A stretch of 64,000 nucleotides of DNA from an uncultured Gammaproteobacteria bacterium (GCA_964415965.1 CAYQCK010000003.1:67426-131425), one strand, 5' to 3'. Shown: positions 40,723-53,236, counted from the stretch's first letter. Made by a program: numbers and translations. Notes: generated by a model from the letters alone, not told the origin.

Positions 40723-42009
40723 TCATTTGACGCCGATGCGCAGGTACCTGAACCCGTGCTTGTCCGCCGCATCCTTGGCGATGAGGTTGCGCGCGTCCAA
40801 GAGGAGCGCATTCGCCATGGCTGCTTTGAGCTTAGCCAAATCCAATGCCCGGAACTCTTCCCATTCGGTCGCGACAATGGCCGCATCCGCGTCCTGCGCC
40901 GCCTCGTACGGCGAAGCCGTGTGTGGCACGTCGAACCCGTGCGTCTCCGGCACCACCCGCGCTTCCGGATCGTAGACTTTGACCTTGGCCCCGCGCTCTA
41001 TGCAGTGCCGGATGATATCGATGGCCGGCGACTCGCGCGTGTCGTCAGTATTGCCTTTGAACGCCACGCCGAGGATGCCGATGTTCTTGCCTTCCAATCC
41101 CCCAAGCTCCCGCTCCAACCGCTCGACCACCCGCGACCGCGCCAACTTGTTCATGGCCAAAGCCGCGTTCGTCACGGGCATCGGATGCCCGTGAGCCTCG
41201 CCGAGCTTGAGGAAGGCCTTCACGTCTTTCGGGAAACAGCTCCCGCCCCAGCCCGGACCCGGTCTGAGGAATTCCTTGCCGATGCGCGGGTCGCTCCCCA
41301 TGCCCGCAGCCACAGCCTCGACATCCGCGCCCACCGCCTCGCACAGGTGCGACACCTCGTTGATGAAGCTGATTTTGGTCGCCAAAAAGGCGTTCGAGGC
41401 GTACTTAGTCAGCTCCGCGCTCCGCGTGTCCATGATGAGCTTGGGGCAATCAATGTGGGTGTAGAGGCCGCGCATGACGTCGGCCGCGCGCGGCGAATCC
41501 GCGCCGATGACGATGCGCGCCGGTTTTGAGAAATCGAAGATGGCATGGCCTTCGCGCAGGAACTCGGGGTTCGAGACCACATCGAACTCATGCGCCGTGT
41601 ATTGCCGGACGATGTCGGCTACATGCTCGGCCGTGCCGACCGGCACCGTACTCTTGTCCGCGATGACCGCATAGCCGACCAAGCTCCGGCCGATCATGGC
41701 CGCGGCCGCATCGACATAGCTCATGTCGACCGACCCGTCTGCCGCCGACGGCGTGCCGACCGCGATCGAGATGACCTCGGCGCCCGGAATGCCGTCCACG
41801 AACGAGGTGGTGAACGCCAACCTTCCGGCCTGGACGTTGCGCCGCACGACCTCCTCGAGTCCCGGTTCATAGATGGGCATCACGCCCTGCCGCAGTTTGG
41901 CGATTTTCCCCTCGTCCGTGTCGATACACGTGACCGTGTGGCCCAAATCAGCCAGACACGCGCCCGACACCAACCCGACATATCCCGAACCGATGACCGT
42001 GACTCGCAT
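40723..42009 (-). CDS. ugd: UDP-glucose 6-dehydrogenase
   Basis: N-terminal Rossmann fold (GSGYVGLVSGACLA) and catalytic GGSCFPKD. Confidence 0.92.
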   Translation of the reverse strand: MRVTVIGSGYVGLVSGACLADLGHTVTCIDTDEGKIAKLRQGVMPIYEPGLEEVVRRNVQAGRLAFTTSFVDGIPGAEVISIAVGTPSAADGSVDMSYVDAAAAMIGRSLVGYAVIADKSTVPVGTAEHVADIVRQYTAHEFDVVSNPEFLREGHAIFDFSKPARIVIGADSPRAADVMRGLYTHIDCPKLIMDTRSAELTKYASNAFLATKISFINEVSHLCEAVGADVEAVAAGMGSDPRIGKEFLRPGPGWGGSCFPKDVKAFLKLGEAHGHPMPVTNAALAMNKLARSRVVERLERELGGLEGKNIGILGVAFKGNTDDTRESPAIDIIRHCIERGAKVKVYDPEARVVPETHGFDVPHTASPYEAAQDADAAIVATEWEEFRALDLAKLKAAMANALLLDARNLIAKDAADKHGFRYLRIGVK

Positions 42010-42182
42010 AGTGAAAGAAGCTTAGCGCCTAGCCCCGATGCAGACAACCCCATTTGTCATTGCGAGGAGCTCCAAGCGACGAAGCAATCTCCGGAGATTG
42101 CCGTGCTCTCCAGTCGCTCGCAATGACACAAAAACAACACCCCGCGCATCCAAGACGGATACACGGGGCGTAAAGAGGCTGG

Positions 42183-42623
42183 CTAACCGCGGCGCTTCGA
42201 GAATTCGCCCCAGCGCGGAGCCAATCCGCGCTCTCTCGCTTCGCCAGGCTCCCTGCCGGATGGGAGGTTGCCGAGCGTTCTCTGGAACACCACAGCGCTG
42301 GACGGTCTTCCGGGACGGAGACTTGCGGCATGCGCAGCCAGCTTGTCGGCAGCCGCACGACGCGCCGCTTCCGACCTCTGGATGACCGACTCTGCATCAC
42401 AGCCTTCAGCGACCGGGCCCTTAGATTCTGCGACAGCAGCGTAAATACGCTCCATGTTGCTGTCGATCCGCTCGATCTGCGCCTCCAGGCTTGTTGAACT
42501 CTGAAGGCGTGAGATGAGAGTCTGCAGCTCCTCCCGCAGTCCCGGTTCCCCTCGCCGCATCCGTGCTCGTTCAATCTCCCGGAGTTTCGCGATCTGATCG
42601 ATGGTGAAAGTACTGTCCTTCAT
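42183..42623 (-). CDS. Hypothetical coiled-coil protein
   Basis: Start MKDSTFTIDQ with GGAGGA 5 nt upstream (the track ORF extends to 42713). Confidence 0.45.
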   Translation of the reverse strand: MKDSTFTIDQIAKLREIERARMRRGEPGLREELQTLISRLQSSTSLEAQIERIDSNMERIYAAVAESKGPVAEGCDAESVIQRSEAARRAAADKLAAHAASLRPGRPSSAVVFQRTLGNLPSGREPGEARERGLAPRWGEFSKRRG

Positions 42624-42736
42624 CTTATCCTCCATCCGAGGCACGCCGCGTGGAAGCCTTTGGCCGACACGCTGCTTAGCTTTTGGATAGACTCCCCTGT
42701 TCCGCAGGGGCACGGCGCCTGATTTTCAGACAAATT

Positions 42737-42775
42737 AATATAACACAATTAAGCCAAAAAGTCAAGCCTCTCAAG
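42737..42775 (-). terminator. Intrinsic terminator downstream of leuS
   Basis: Minus strand: AAAAGTCAGGCC-ttgaga-GGCTTGACTTTTT. Confidence 0.5.
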
Positions 42776-42806
42776 GCCTGACTTTTGTCTTATTTTAGCC
42801 CAATTT

Positions 42807-45362
<2,556 letters not shown>

Positions 45363-45468
45363 ATTTCGTCACCTAACGCTATCAATTTTGCGTAATTTGC
45401 ACAATATTCCGCAGCTTGGTGTAATTCTTTCGGATAGCTGGCGTTAAACGCCCAAAAACGTAAAAACT

Positions 45469-46044
45469 ATGGACCAATACAAGACAAACCCCTGGCTCGT
45501 AGCGACGGTCGCGCTCCTGGCCACCATCATCGGCGCCGGCGCCATGTATTTTTTGAAACCTACTCCTCCGCCGTCGCCTTTCCAACCGCTGACGGTCCGC
45601 GATGCCGTGGCTCCGGCGGCCGAAAAGCTATCCCCGACCCAAGCGAACGAATACCGCAACGAAAAGCTCGGCCTCTCGCTCACGGTCCCCGAGGGCTACC
45701 GCGTTGTCGAACATGACAACCGCCTCGACATCGTGAAAAAGCCGACTCCGCAGGACGAAACGCCGATGCCCGACCTGACCGTGGACGTGGCCAAAGGCGA
45801 CCAGACTTACGTTTTGGGGGAAAACGAAAAATTCGAGACCGCGGAGGATTTTCCGGTGAACGGCATCCCAGGCAAGCGCTATAAAGTCGTCCAGATAAAT
45901 CCGCCATCGAACGTCAACATCGAATACTGCGACTTCTACCGCTTCGCCGGCACCGGGTACCGCGCCTATGAATTCCGCCGCTGGGAATGCCTCGAGTCAC
46001 CGATCTTCGACCAGGTCGTGAAAAGCCTCAAGCTGCTGAAGTAA
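45469..46044 (+). CDS. Hypothetical membrane-anchored protein
   Basis: 191 aa with an N-terminal TM. No domain. Confidence 0.5.
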   Translation: MDQYKTNPWLVATVALLATIIGAGAMYFLKPTPPPSPFQPLTVRDAVAPAAEKLSPTQANEYRNEKLGLSLTVPEGYRVVEHDNRLDIVKKPTPQDETPMPDLTVDVAKGDQTYVLGENEKFETAEDFPVNGIPGKRYKVVQINPPSNVNIEYCDFYRFAGTGYRAYEFRRWECLESPIFDQVVKSLKLLK

Positions 46045-46127
46045 TGACCTCCTCCCGGGTTACGGCTACGTGTCGCGGTACGTCAGTTTCCTAAAACCGC
46101 CTCCACCCAGGATTTCCTAGAAAAGAA

Positions 46128-46158
46128 CGACCCGCAGCTGAACCGCTGCGGGTCAAGG
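46128..46158 (-). terminator. 10-bp perfect hairpin (GACCCGCAGC/GCTGCGGGTC), T-rich on the minus strand
   Basis: Downstream of the 46246..46437 minus-strand gene. Confidence 0.45.
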
Positions 46159-46245
46159 TATGTGCCGCCTGGTTGGCGGACCGTAGGCGAGCTGCCAAAA
46201 CGGTTTTAGGCGTCGCTCATGATCCGCAACCCACCGCATCGAGAA

Positions 46246-46437
46246 TCAGTCATCGCAACCATGGATCTTGAACCATTCATTCATGGCGATCTCATGTTCC
46301 CTTTGCTCCTCCCACCATCTCTTCCTCTCCCTCTCCTCCTTTGCCCTTTCCTCGGGACTTTTTTTCGGCTCTGCGAGAGCGCTCCCCGCTGCGGCACCAA
46401 CGACACCTGCAACACCGAGTATGATGAGTTCGAGCAT
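46246..46437 (-). CDS. Small membrane protein (63 aa)
   Basis: AGGAGA 8 nt upstream. One TM followed by a KE-rich tail. Confidence 0.45.
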   Translation of the reverse strand: MLELIILGVAGVVGAAAGSALAEPKKSPEERAKEERERKRWWEEQREHEIAMNEWFKIHGCDD

Positions 46438-46899
46438 GTCCCTAGTCTCCTGTAACTAACGCGGATTTCTTCATGGCCACGCGGCTTAGTCCATGTGGCT
46501 CTTTTTCCCGGATAAGGAAAGGCCGATTGTCACACAGCCTTAAAAGCTTGGCTTTTCACTTACGCTCTGTCGAAACCAATTCCATCCGGACACTTACGTC
46601 GCCCATGTTGCGGACTTTACGCGCCGGATCCCGCCCGTGAGACACTCGCCAACTTCTTTTTTTAAAGTGCTCCGTCAACCTTAGCGCTACTCCGCATCGG
46701 GGTGATGCGATGACGGTTTTGATATATTGACTATACCGACCACTAAGTTCGAGAGTCAATCAATGACGGAAAAAATGACAAACTCACGTAAACTTAGCCC
46801 ATTTGTTGATTCGAAAATTTTCAACAATATATTAGGTATTTTTAAGCGATGGAAAATATATGAACCTTGAGCTATAATGTTGTCAAAAATATCGACACT

Positions 46900-47658
46900 A
46901 TGAACCGCGTGCTTATCACTCAAACTCTCGAAAAATTTGGCTTGGACAAGAAAGAGGCTGCCGTATATCTGGCTAGTCTGGAATTAGGCTCGGCCAGCAT
47001 CCAGCAATTAGCCAAGAAAAGCACGCTCAAACGAACGACGCTATACCTCATAACCGAATCTTTGAAATCCAAAGGTCTGATTTCAGAATCCAAAAACCGC
47101 CGTGGGATGCAGTTCGTGCCGATCAAGCCCAATCAACTCATAGATATGCTCGACGAACGCAAAGCGGCGCTACAGAACGCGATACCCGAACTCCTTGCCT
47201 TGACGCACATCCAGACGGAAACCAAGCCATGCGTCAGATATTATGAAGGCAAGGACAGCCTACAAACCGTCGAAAGCGAAACCTTGGAAGGTACCGATGG
47301 CGAAATTCTTCTGATGGGCTCATTCTCGGACGTTTTCCTGTTTTATGCATCCCCCAGCTTGTATGACGATACTTACCGGAAGGCACGCATCAAAAAAAAC
47401 ATTTTCTTACGCATGCTCGTCCTCAAAGAGCCGCGTTCGGTAGCTCTCATACCGCGCGATAAAGCCGAATTACGCGAAACCCGTTTTCTACCGAAAGATA
47501 CCAAGATGAATACCATTCAATACATCTACCAAAACAAAATCGCATACATCTCCCCAAGCAGGGAGGTGATGGGGCTCATTATCGAAAGCAACGACTTGGC
47601 GACCATGGAACGCCAAAAATTCAACTTGCTTTGGGACGCATGCAAGAGCCCTTGGTGA
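46900..47658 (+). CDS. TrmB-family transcriptional regulator-like protein (AT-rich gene)
   Basis: N-terminal TrmB-type HTH (LEKFGLDKKEAAVYLASLELGSASIQQLAKKS). Perfect TATAAT at ~46874. GC is far below the window average. The track ORF starts at a TTG at 46867. Confidence 0.6.
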   Translation: MNRVLITQTLEKFGLDKKEAAVYLASLELGSASIQQLAKKSTLKRTTLYLITESLKSKGLISESKNRRGMQFVPIKPNQLIDMLDERKAALQNAIPELLALTHIQTETKPCVRYYEGKDSLQTVESETLEGTDGEILLMGSFSDVFLFYASPSLYDDTYRKARIKKNIFLRMLVLKEPRSVALIPRDKAELRETRFLPKDTKMNTIQYIYQNKIAYISPSREVMGLIIESNDLATMERQKFNLLWDACKSPW

Positions 47659-47664
47659 ATCAAT

Positions 47665-48276
47665 TCAGCTCATCAGCCTAATGAGTGCCTCGCTATACGG
47701 ACCAAATTCCATTTTTTCATCTTCCTCGGTCGCGTCGCAGGTGAATTTTCCGGTGGTTTTGGAGTAATACAGGCTGCGCATCGGGAAAAAGTCGTCGACC
47801 TGGCCATGGACTTTATCCGTCAGGACGACTGGCCGGATGCCTTCGGACGTCTTCTCTGTCCCGTCAGTCATGACCAGGACGAACACGTCTTTCCAATACG
47901 CCTCAGCCTCTCCGCCGCGCTTCCTGGCCAACCCGATGTAGAAATCCAGGATGGCTTGTTTGGTTTCCTCCCGCGTCAGGCTGGCCTCATCCCGTCCGCC
48001 CAAGGCGTTCCGTTTGACCATGGCCGGATCCAGGATTTCATTATCCAGGAAAAATCCGGTGTCGGTCCCGAGGATGGGCAGATCCGTCTTGCCAAGATAC
48101 GCCCGCGCTTTATCCCGCGCGTTCGCCAAAAGGTCGCTGCCCTCCTCTGTTTCGACCGGCTCGATGCCGAGGTCGGTCGGGGTTTTCGCCTCGACATCCG
48201 ACCCGAAGGCCTTGAGCAATTTACGTATGCGTTCGACCTTGGACTTGTTGGTCGTAGCCAATAGAATCGCGGACAT
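47665..48276 (-). CDS. Non-canonical purine NTP pyrophosphatase (RdgB/HAM1 family)
   Basis: Start MSAILLATTNKSKVERI (ATxNxxK motif) and ILGTDTGFFLD. Confidence 0.6.
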   Translation of the reverse strand: MSAILLATTNKSKVERIRKLLKAFGSDVEAKTPTDLGIEPVETEEGSDLLANARDKARAYLGKTDLPILGTDTGFFLDNEILDPAMVKRNALGGRDEASLTREETKQAILDFYIGLARKRGGEAEAYWKDVFVLVMTDGTEKTSEGIRPVVLTDKVHGQVDDFFPMRSLYYSKTTGKFTCDATEEDEKMEFGPYSEALIRLMS

Positions 48277-48332
48277 AAGGATGAACCAACATTGACACAA
48301 TCGACGGCTTAACGTCTACTGTTACCAACCCT

Positions 48333-49121
48333 ATGAAGAAATCCATCTACTTGGCCGTCGGGGCGTTTTTTGCCCTCATCCTGCTCTCGATAGCCTGGCC
48401 GTTCGGCACCATCGGCGCCGGTGAACGCGGCGTCCTGCTGCGTTGGAACGCCGTGACCGGCAAGGTCTACGGCGAAGGCCTGTACGTCCGCATCCCGGTC
48501 TCGGACCGTGTCATCGTATTGGACGTCAAGGTCCAAAAGGAGCAAATCGAGGCCACGGCGGCCTCGAAAGACCTGCAGAGCGTCAGCAGCATCGTCGCGC
48601 TGAACTTCCACATCAACCCGGACAAGGTCGCCAACATCTACCAGGATGTCGGGACCGAGTACAAATCCCGGCTCATCGATCCGGCGCTCCAGGAATCCGT
48701 CAAAGCCTCGACCGCCAAATATACCGCCGAGGAGCTCATCACCAAACGCGAACAGGTGCGCGAGGAAATCCGCAACCACGTGAAGGACAAGCTCGCACCG
48801 CGCGGCATCGAGGTCGACGACTTCAACATCGTGGACTTCAGCTTCTCGCGCTCGTTCAACGAGGCCATCGAAGCCAAGGTGACCGCCGAACAATCGGCGC
48901 TCGCGGCCAAAAATAAGCTGGAGCAGATCAAATTCGAAGCCGACCAAAAGATCGCCGAAGCCCGCGGCAAGGCCGAAGCCATGCGCGTCGAGTCGGAAGC
49001 GCTCAAATCCAACCCGCAAGTCCTCGAGCTCCGGGCCATCGAAAAATGGGATGGCCGCCTGCCGACCGTCACCGGAGGCGCCACGCCGTTCGTGAACCTG
49101 CAGACCATAACCAACCGCTAG
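48333..49121 (+). CDS. SPFH/Band 7 domain protein (prohibitin/HflC-like)
   Basis: N-terminal TM, full SPFH domain, and a C-terminal coiled coil. Confidence 0.9.
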   Translation: MKKSIYLAVGAFFALILLSIAWPFGTIGAGERGVLLRWNAVTGKVYGEGLYVRIPVSDRVIVLDVKVQKEQIEATAASKDLQSVSSIVALNFHINPDKVANIYQDVGTEYKSRLIDPALQESVKASTAKYTAEELITKREQVREEIRNHVKDKLAPRGIEVDDFNIVDFSFSRSFNEAIEAKVTAEQSALAAKNKLEQIKFEADQKIAEARGKAEAMRVESEALKSNPQVLELRAIEKWDGRLPTVTGGATPFVNLQTITNR

Positions 49122-49170
49122 GGTAAAGGCATAAAAATCGCCCCGGCCAAAGATGGTCGGGGCTTGTGTT

Positions 49171-49725
49171 TCAATCCTCCGAATATCTGACCCCGGGCCA
49201 AACCGCCAGCCAACCTTTTTCGGCTTGGCGCTCGCGGAAGATATCCATCTTGGACCTGAACCGCGGGGTTGGACGAATGATGCCGGCGGACAAATCCGCC
49301 AGGCCGAGCGGAGCCAAGAGCTCCAAATTCCCGGCGGCATCCAGCTTCACGGCCACGGCCGAAGCCGTCTCGGGCCAGCACCGGATGGCGTCGGCGCACG
49401 AGGCGTACGGCGCATCGCCGTTGCGCAGATGCATCCGCGCCTGGTTCTTGACCGACCATGGCACTCCTGGTGACAGGCGCGCCAGTTCTTCTTCATGGAC
49501 CTTTTCGGTCTCCTTACTCATGTCACTCGAATCGAGGTAGATGACGTCCACGTCCGGCAGCACCGTCGTCCTGCCGGACATCGCATCCCACGCCGCGGCC
49601 CGGACGAATCCCGAACCGATCCACCAATCCGGCAAGCCCAAACAGGCTGCCGCCTTGAGCACATCCATGCGCCAACTGTCACGACGGATGAGCTCGAGGA
49701 TGTCTTCTTCGTCGGAAATTGCCAT
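49171..49725 (-). CDS. Nucleotidyltransferase family protein (PF06042-like)
   Basis: LGLPDWWIGSGFVRAAAWD...LPDVDVIYLD matches the NTP_transf_6 pattern. Confidence 0.6.
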   Translation of the reverse strand: MAISDEEDILELIRRDSWRMDVLKAAACLGLPDWWIGSGFVRAAAWDAMSGRTTVLPDVDVIYLDSSDMSKETEKVHEEELARLSPGVPWSVKNQARMHLRNGDAPYASCADAIRCWPETASAVAVKLDAAGNLELLAPLGLADLSAGIIRPTPRFRSKMDIFRERQAEKGWLAVWPGVRYSED

Positions 49726-49737
49726 ATTTCCTCCAAG

Positions 49738-51072
49738 TCAAAAAACCTTATTCATCGGCTCGACCCCTTCCACTTTCCTGAACCCGATGCGGTCCGGCGC
49801 CTCGTCGCCCAGGCCCAACATCTGCCCGAACACGATGGCCTCGTCGCCGTAGCGGTCGCGGATGGTATCCGCAGCCAACGACGCCTGCCGCTTGCGGTCC
49901 ATGCGTCGATCCCACGGTAGGGGCGATTCATGGATCGCCCCTACCGTGGCCAACCTCCGTTGCCCCGACGGCGGCGCTAGGTTGGTCAGCGTCACGGCCA
50001 AGAAGTTGACCCGCTCGCCGTGCCACAACTCGCGCAGGAGCCCGGTCGCGGCGCCGACCAGCGAGAACGAATCCGCGGCCGGTTCGTCGAACAGGGTGTA
50101 GAGCGTCCCGCCCTCGCCCGCGCTTGGCGTCCAGAATGGCCCGCGCGGCAGGCCGTAATTATCTTCACGGAACCCCACACTGACGTACACCGCCCCGGCA
50201 AAAAGCCCCACGGCGCGCAACCGCCGGCCGGCTCGTTCGGTCAGCTTGACCAAAGTCGCCAGCACCTTGCCCTCGCGGTTCACCCGATCCGGCACGCAGT
50301 ACGAATGGCCGACCGACTTCGGGAGAGGCGCCGCGTCGGCACCGACCACGTCCTCGACCTCCAGGCCGTTGACCTTGGACCACAGGTAGAATCCGTTCTT
50401 GCCGAAGGCGCGCATCAGGTTGCCGACCGGATAGCGCTTGAGCTCGAGGAGCGTCCGGATGCCGATGCGGTTAAGCCGTTTCTTGATGCGCGGCCCGATG
50501 CCGCACACGTCCTCGAGCTCGAGCTCGGCCAGGACTTCGTCCAGGTTGCCGTGGTCGATGACGACCAAGCCGTTCGGTTTTTCGAGGTCCGACGCGGTCT
50601 TGGCCAGGAAGCGCGTCGGCGCGATGCCGATGGAGCAGCGCAGCCACTCCCCGACCTCATCGCGGATGCGCCGCCGCGCTTTACAGAGCGCCCAGGCCGC
50701 CTCAGCCGGGTCGCGGTACCAGCCGGTGAGATCGAGGAAGGCCTCATCGATGGAATAGTGCTCCACCTTGTCCGAGAGCTGGTGCAGGATGCCGAACACG
50801 CGCGAGGTCACGGCCCGGTACTTGGGCGGGTCGTTTTGGACGAAGACCGCGCCCGGCACGGCTTTCTTGGCCTCCTCGACCGACATCCCGACCTTCATGC
50901 CCAGCCGCTTAGCCTCGATGGACGCCGCGATGACGCACCCGGCCTTGTGCAGGTAGGCGCACACGCCCAACGGCCGTCCGCGCAACGTCGGGTTGGCCTG
51001 CTGCTCCACGGACGCGAAATACGAGTTCATGTCCACGTGGGCGACAAGTTTCTTGGACGGTTGGAGGGACAT
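49738..51072 (-). CDS. dinB: DNA polymerase IV (Y-family)
   Basis: HVDMNSYFASVEQ N-terminus, catalytic SIDEAFLDL, little-finger domain. Confidence 0.92.
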   Translation of the reverse strand: MSLQPSKKLVAHVDMNSYFASVEQQANPTLRGRPLGVCAYLHKAGCVIAASIEAKRLGMKVGMSVEEAKKAVPGAVFVQNDPPKYRAVTSRVFGILHQLSDKVEHYSIDEAFLDLTGWYRDPAEAAWALCKARRRIRDEVGEWLRCSIGIAPTRFLAKTASDLEKPNGLVVIDHGNLDEVLAELELEDVCGIGPRIKKRLNRIGIRTLLELKRYPVGNLMRAFGKNGFYLWSKVNGLEVEDVVGADAAPLPKSVGHSYCVPDRVNREGKVLATLVKLTERAGRRLRAVGLFAGAVYVSVGFREDNYGLPRGPFWTPSAGEGGTLYTLFDEPAADSFSLVGAATGLLRELWHGERVNFLAVTLTNLAPPSGQRRLATVGAIHESPLPWDRRMDRKRQASLAADTIRDRYGDEAIVFGQMLGLGDEAPDRIGFRKVEGVEPMNKVF

Positions 51073-51194
51073 AAAAATAAAGAATGATGTCGTTCTCGAG
51101 GGAGCGCAGCGACCGAAGAACCTTCAAATTTGGAAGGTCCTTCGCTTCGCTCAAGGACGACACTATTTTTTATTTCAAAACATGAAGCGCGGCC

Positions 51195-51440
51195 TCACAG
51201 CGTCGCCATCTCCTCGAGCTTCCAAGTGAGGGCATCCGTCGAGAACGACAGCCGATAGGCATTCGCCTCGTCCGAGACCGAAAAAATCACCACCTTCTCG
51301 CGGCCGCGGCGCTCGCTGTGCACCAGATTCACCTTCCGCACCTGGTAATAATGCCCGTTCCACTTGAAAGTCATGGGCTCCACGCCGTTCTTGCGGAAGG
51401 CAACCAGGACGTCGATTGTCTGCGCGATTTTTTCGTACAT
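51195..51440 (-). CDS. Small hypothetical protein between lexA and dinB (81 aa)
   Basis: In-operon position, same strand. No known domain. Confidence 0.45.
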   Translation of the reverse strand: MYEKIAQTIDVLVAFRKNGVEPMTFKWNGHYYQVRKVNLVHSERRGREKVVIFSVSDEANAYRLSFSTDALTWKLEEMATL

Positions 51441-51486
51441 AAACCAAGGCCGTCATTAAGATGGAATCCCGGAAAAACCTTGCTTT

Positions 51487-52107
51487 TTATCTGAACTCAA
51501 ACTTCCGTATCACCGCCCTCACCACACCCTGGATGAGCGGGTCAAAGCAGTAGATGGGCTTCATCGTGGAGTTGGCCGGCTGCAGCCTGATGCGGTCGCG
51601 TTCGCGGTAGAACCTTTTGAGCGTGGCGTATTCGTTGTCCAGGAGCGCGACGACGACATCGCCGTTCTTGGGCGAGGGATTCCTCTCTACCACCACGTAA
51701 TCGCCGTCGAAGATGCCGTCCTCGATCATGGAATCGCCTTTGACGCGCAGGACGTACGAATTGGCCGAATCCGGGGCCAAATCCACGGGCACGGCGAAGG
51801 TCTCGCGCTCCTCCACGGCTTCGATGGGCGCTCCGGCCGCGATCAGGCCCTTCAGAGGAAGCAGGACGCTCTTGCCCCACATCACAGCCTTGTCCGTCGG
51901 CTCGAGGTTGCGCGCGCCCGGACCCGCTCCCCCGCCTTTCAGGAAACCGCGCTCCTTGAGCGCCTGGATGTGCACATGCACGGTCGAAGGCGAGGCTAGC
52001 TCCAATCCGTCCGCGATCTCGCGGAACGACGGCGGATAACCCTTGTCGTTGATGAAGCTCACGATGTAGTCGAGGACTTCTTTTTGTTTGGGGGTTAAAG
52101 GAGGCAT
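51487..52107 (-). CDS. lexA: LexA repressor
   Basis: N-terminal wHTH, Ala-Gly cleavage site region, and an S24 peptidase domain with Ser/Lys dyad. Confidence 0.95.
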   Translation of the reverse strand: MPPLTPKQKEVLDYIVSFINDKGYPPSFREIADGLELASPSTVHVHIQALKERGFLKGGGAGPGARNLEPTDKAVMWGKSVLLPLKGLIAAGAPIEAVEERETFAVPVDLAPDSANSYVLRVKGDSMIEDGIFDGDYVVVERNPSPKNGDVVVALLDNEYATLKRFYRERDRIRLQPANSTMKPIYCFDPLIQGVVRAVIRKFEFR

Positions 52108-52118
52108 ATGTTTGATGT

Positions 52119-52145
52119 TTGTTCGTTAGAACAAAAATAGAACAC
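52119..52145. promoter_or_regulatory. Putative SOS box upstream of lexA: TAGAACAAAAATAGAACAC, overlapping the palindrome TTGTTC-gtta-GAACAA
   Basis: About 20 nt upstream of the lexA start. 18/19 identical to the recA-upstream motif. Confidence 0.55.
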
Positions 52146-52387
52146 TTGCAACCATCTGTCAAACTCCATATTTCCATGGGAAAACATGCTTTTTCCACAC
52201 CTCCAACCAGCGGTTGACGCCTAGCGATGGCCACGACCCCGTTGGATCGGACAGGTGCCCTACCCCATCGCGCATCTGCGCACGGCATACCCGCGCAGCG
52301 CATGCTCCCGCAACCCATCCTGCAGTCCGGGCCTCGATTTCGTCGGGGCATTTTTATTCCGCCGGTTTATTGGTACGCTGATGGCAT

Positions 52388-52900
52388 ATGTGCCACGCTA
52401 AGCTTATCCGCAATAAATTTCCTGCGCTCCTAGCCGCTTGCTTGCCCCTGAGCGGCTGTTCCTTGTTCCAACCACAACGCGCGGCTGACACGACCCCGGA
52501 CCAAACCGTCGGCCAGGAACGGAACACCGCCAGGCTCGACCTGAGCAACAAAAGCATGGAGAAGCTCCCGGCGTATGTTTTCGGCCTAGCGGACCTGGAA
52601 ACGCTGGATGCGTCGAACAACCGCTTGACCGGGGCGATCCAAGCCGAAATCAGGCAGCTGAAAAACCTGAAGTCATTGGATCTGAGCCACAACCGCTTGA
52701 CCGGCGTGCCGGCCGAAATCGGCCAGCTTCCCCTCTTGGAATCACTGGACCTGTCCTATAACCGGCTGACCGGATTGCCGTACGAGCTCGGAAACCTCAA
52801 GAGCCTGAAGAGGCTCGACCTTACGGGCAATGACGTCTCCGAGACGGATCTGGAGATCATCCGAAAAACACTACCCGGCAACGCCATCATCACCCGATGA
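52388..52900 (+). CDS. Leucine-rich repeat lipoprotein
   Basis: Signal peptide and lipobox (LSGCS), then ~5 LRRs (LxxLxLSxNRLTG). Confidence 0.7.
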   Translation: MCHAKLIRNKFPALLAACLPLSGCSLFQPQRAADTTPDQTVGQERNTARLDLSNKSMEKLPAYVFGLADLETLDASNNRLTGAIQAEIRQLKNLKSLDLSHNRLTGVPAEIGQLPLLESLDLSYNRLTGLPYELGNLKSLKRLDLTGNDVSETDLEIIRKTLPGNAIITR

Positions 52901-52928
52901 ATCAACGCGACGCTCAGCCGACACCGCT

Positions 52929-53231
52929 ATGCGCTACGACAAACTCGTCCGCGACAGGATCCCGGACATCATCCGGGCCAAAGGCCAGACGGCCGTGACG
53001 CACGTCGCGGATGAAGCCGAGTACTGGATCAAGCTCAAGGAAAAACTCCGCGAGGAGGTCGATGAATTCTGCGCCGCCGAGAACCTCGAGGAACTAGCCG
53101 ATGTGATGGAAGTCATCCTGGCCATCCAAGCCCACAAGGGCTTCGACCCCCAAGCCGTAGAAGCCGAACGCCAAGCTAAAGCCGACAAGCGCGGCGGTTT
53201 CGTCCAGCGCATAATCCTCGAGGAATCCTGA
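52929..53231 (+). CDS. MazG/HisE-like all-alpha nucleoside triphosphate pyrophosphohydrolase family protein
   Basis: Start MRYDKLVRDRIPDII, with EEVDEF...ELADVMEVILAI (EExxE/ExxD metal motifs). The track ORF begins at 52830. Confidence 0.5.
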   Translation: MRYDKLVRDRIPDIIRAKGQTAVTHVADEAEYWIKLKEKLREEVDEFCAAENLEELADVMEVILAIQAHKGFDPQAVEAERQAKADKRGGFVQRIILEES

Positions 53232-53236
53232 CACCC

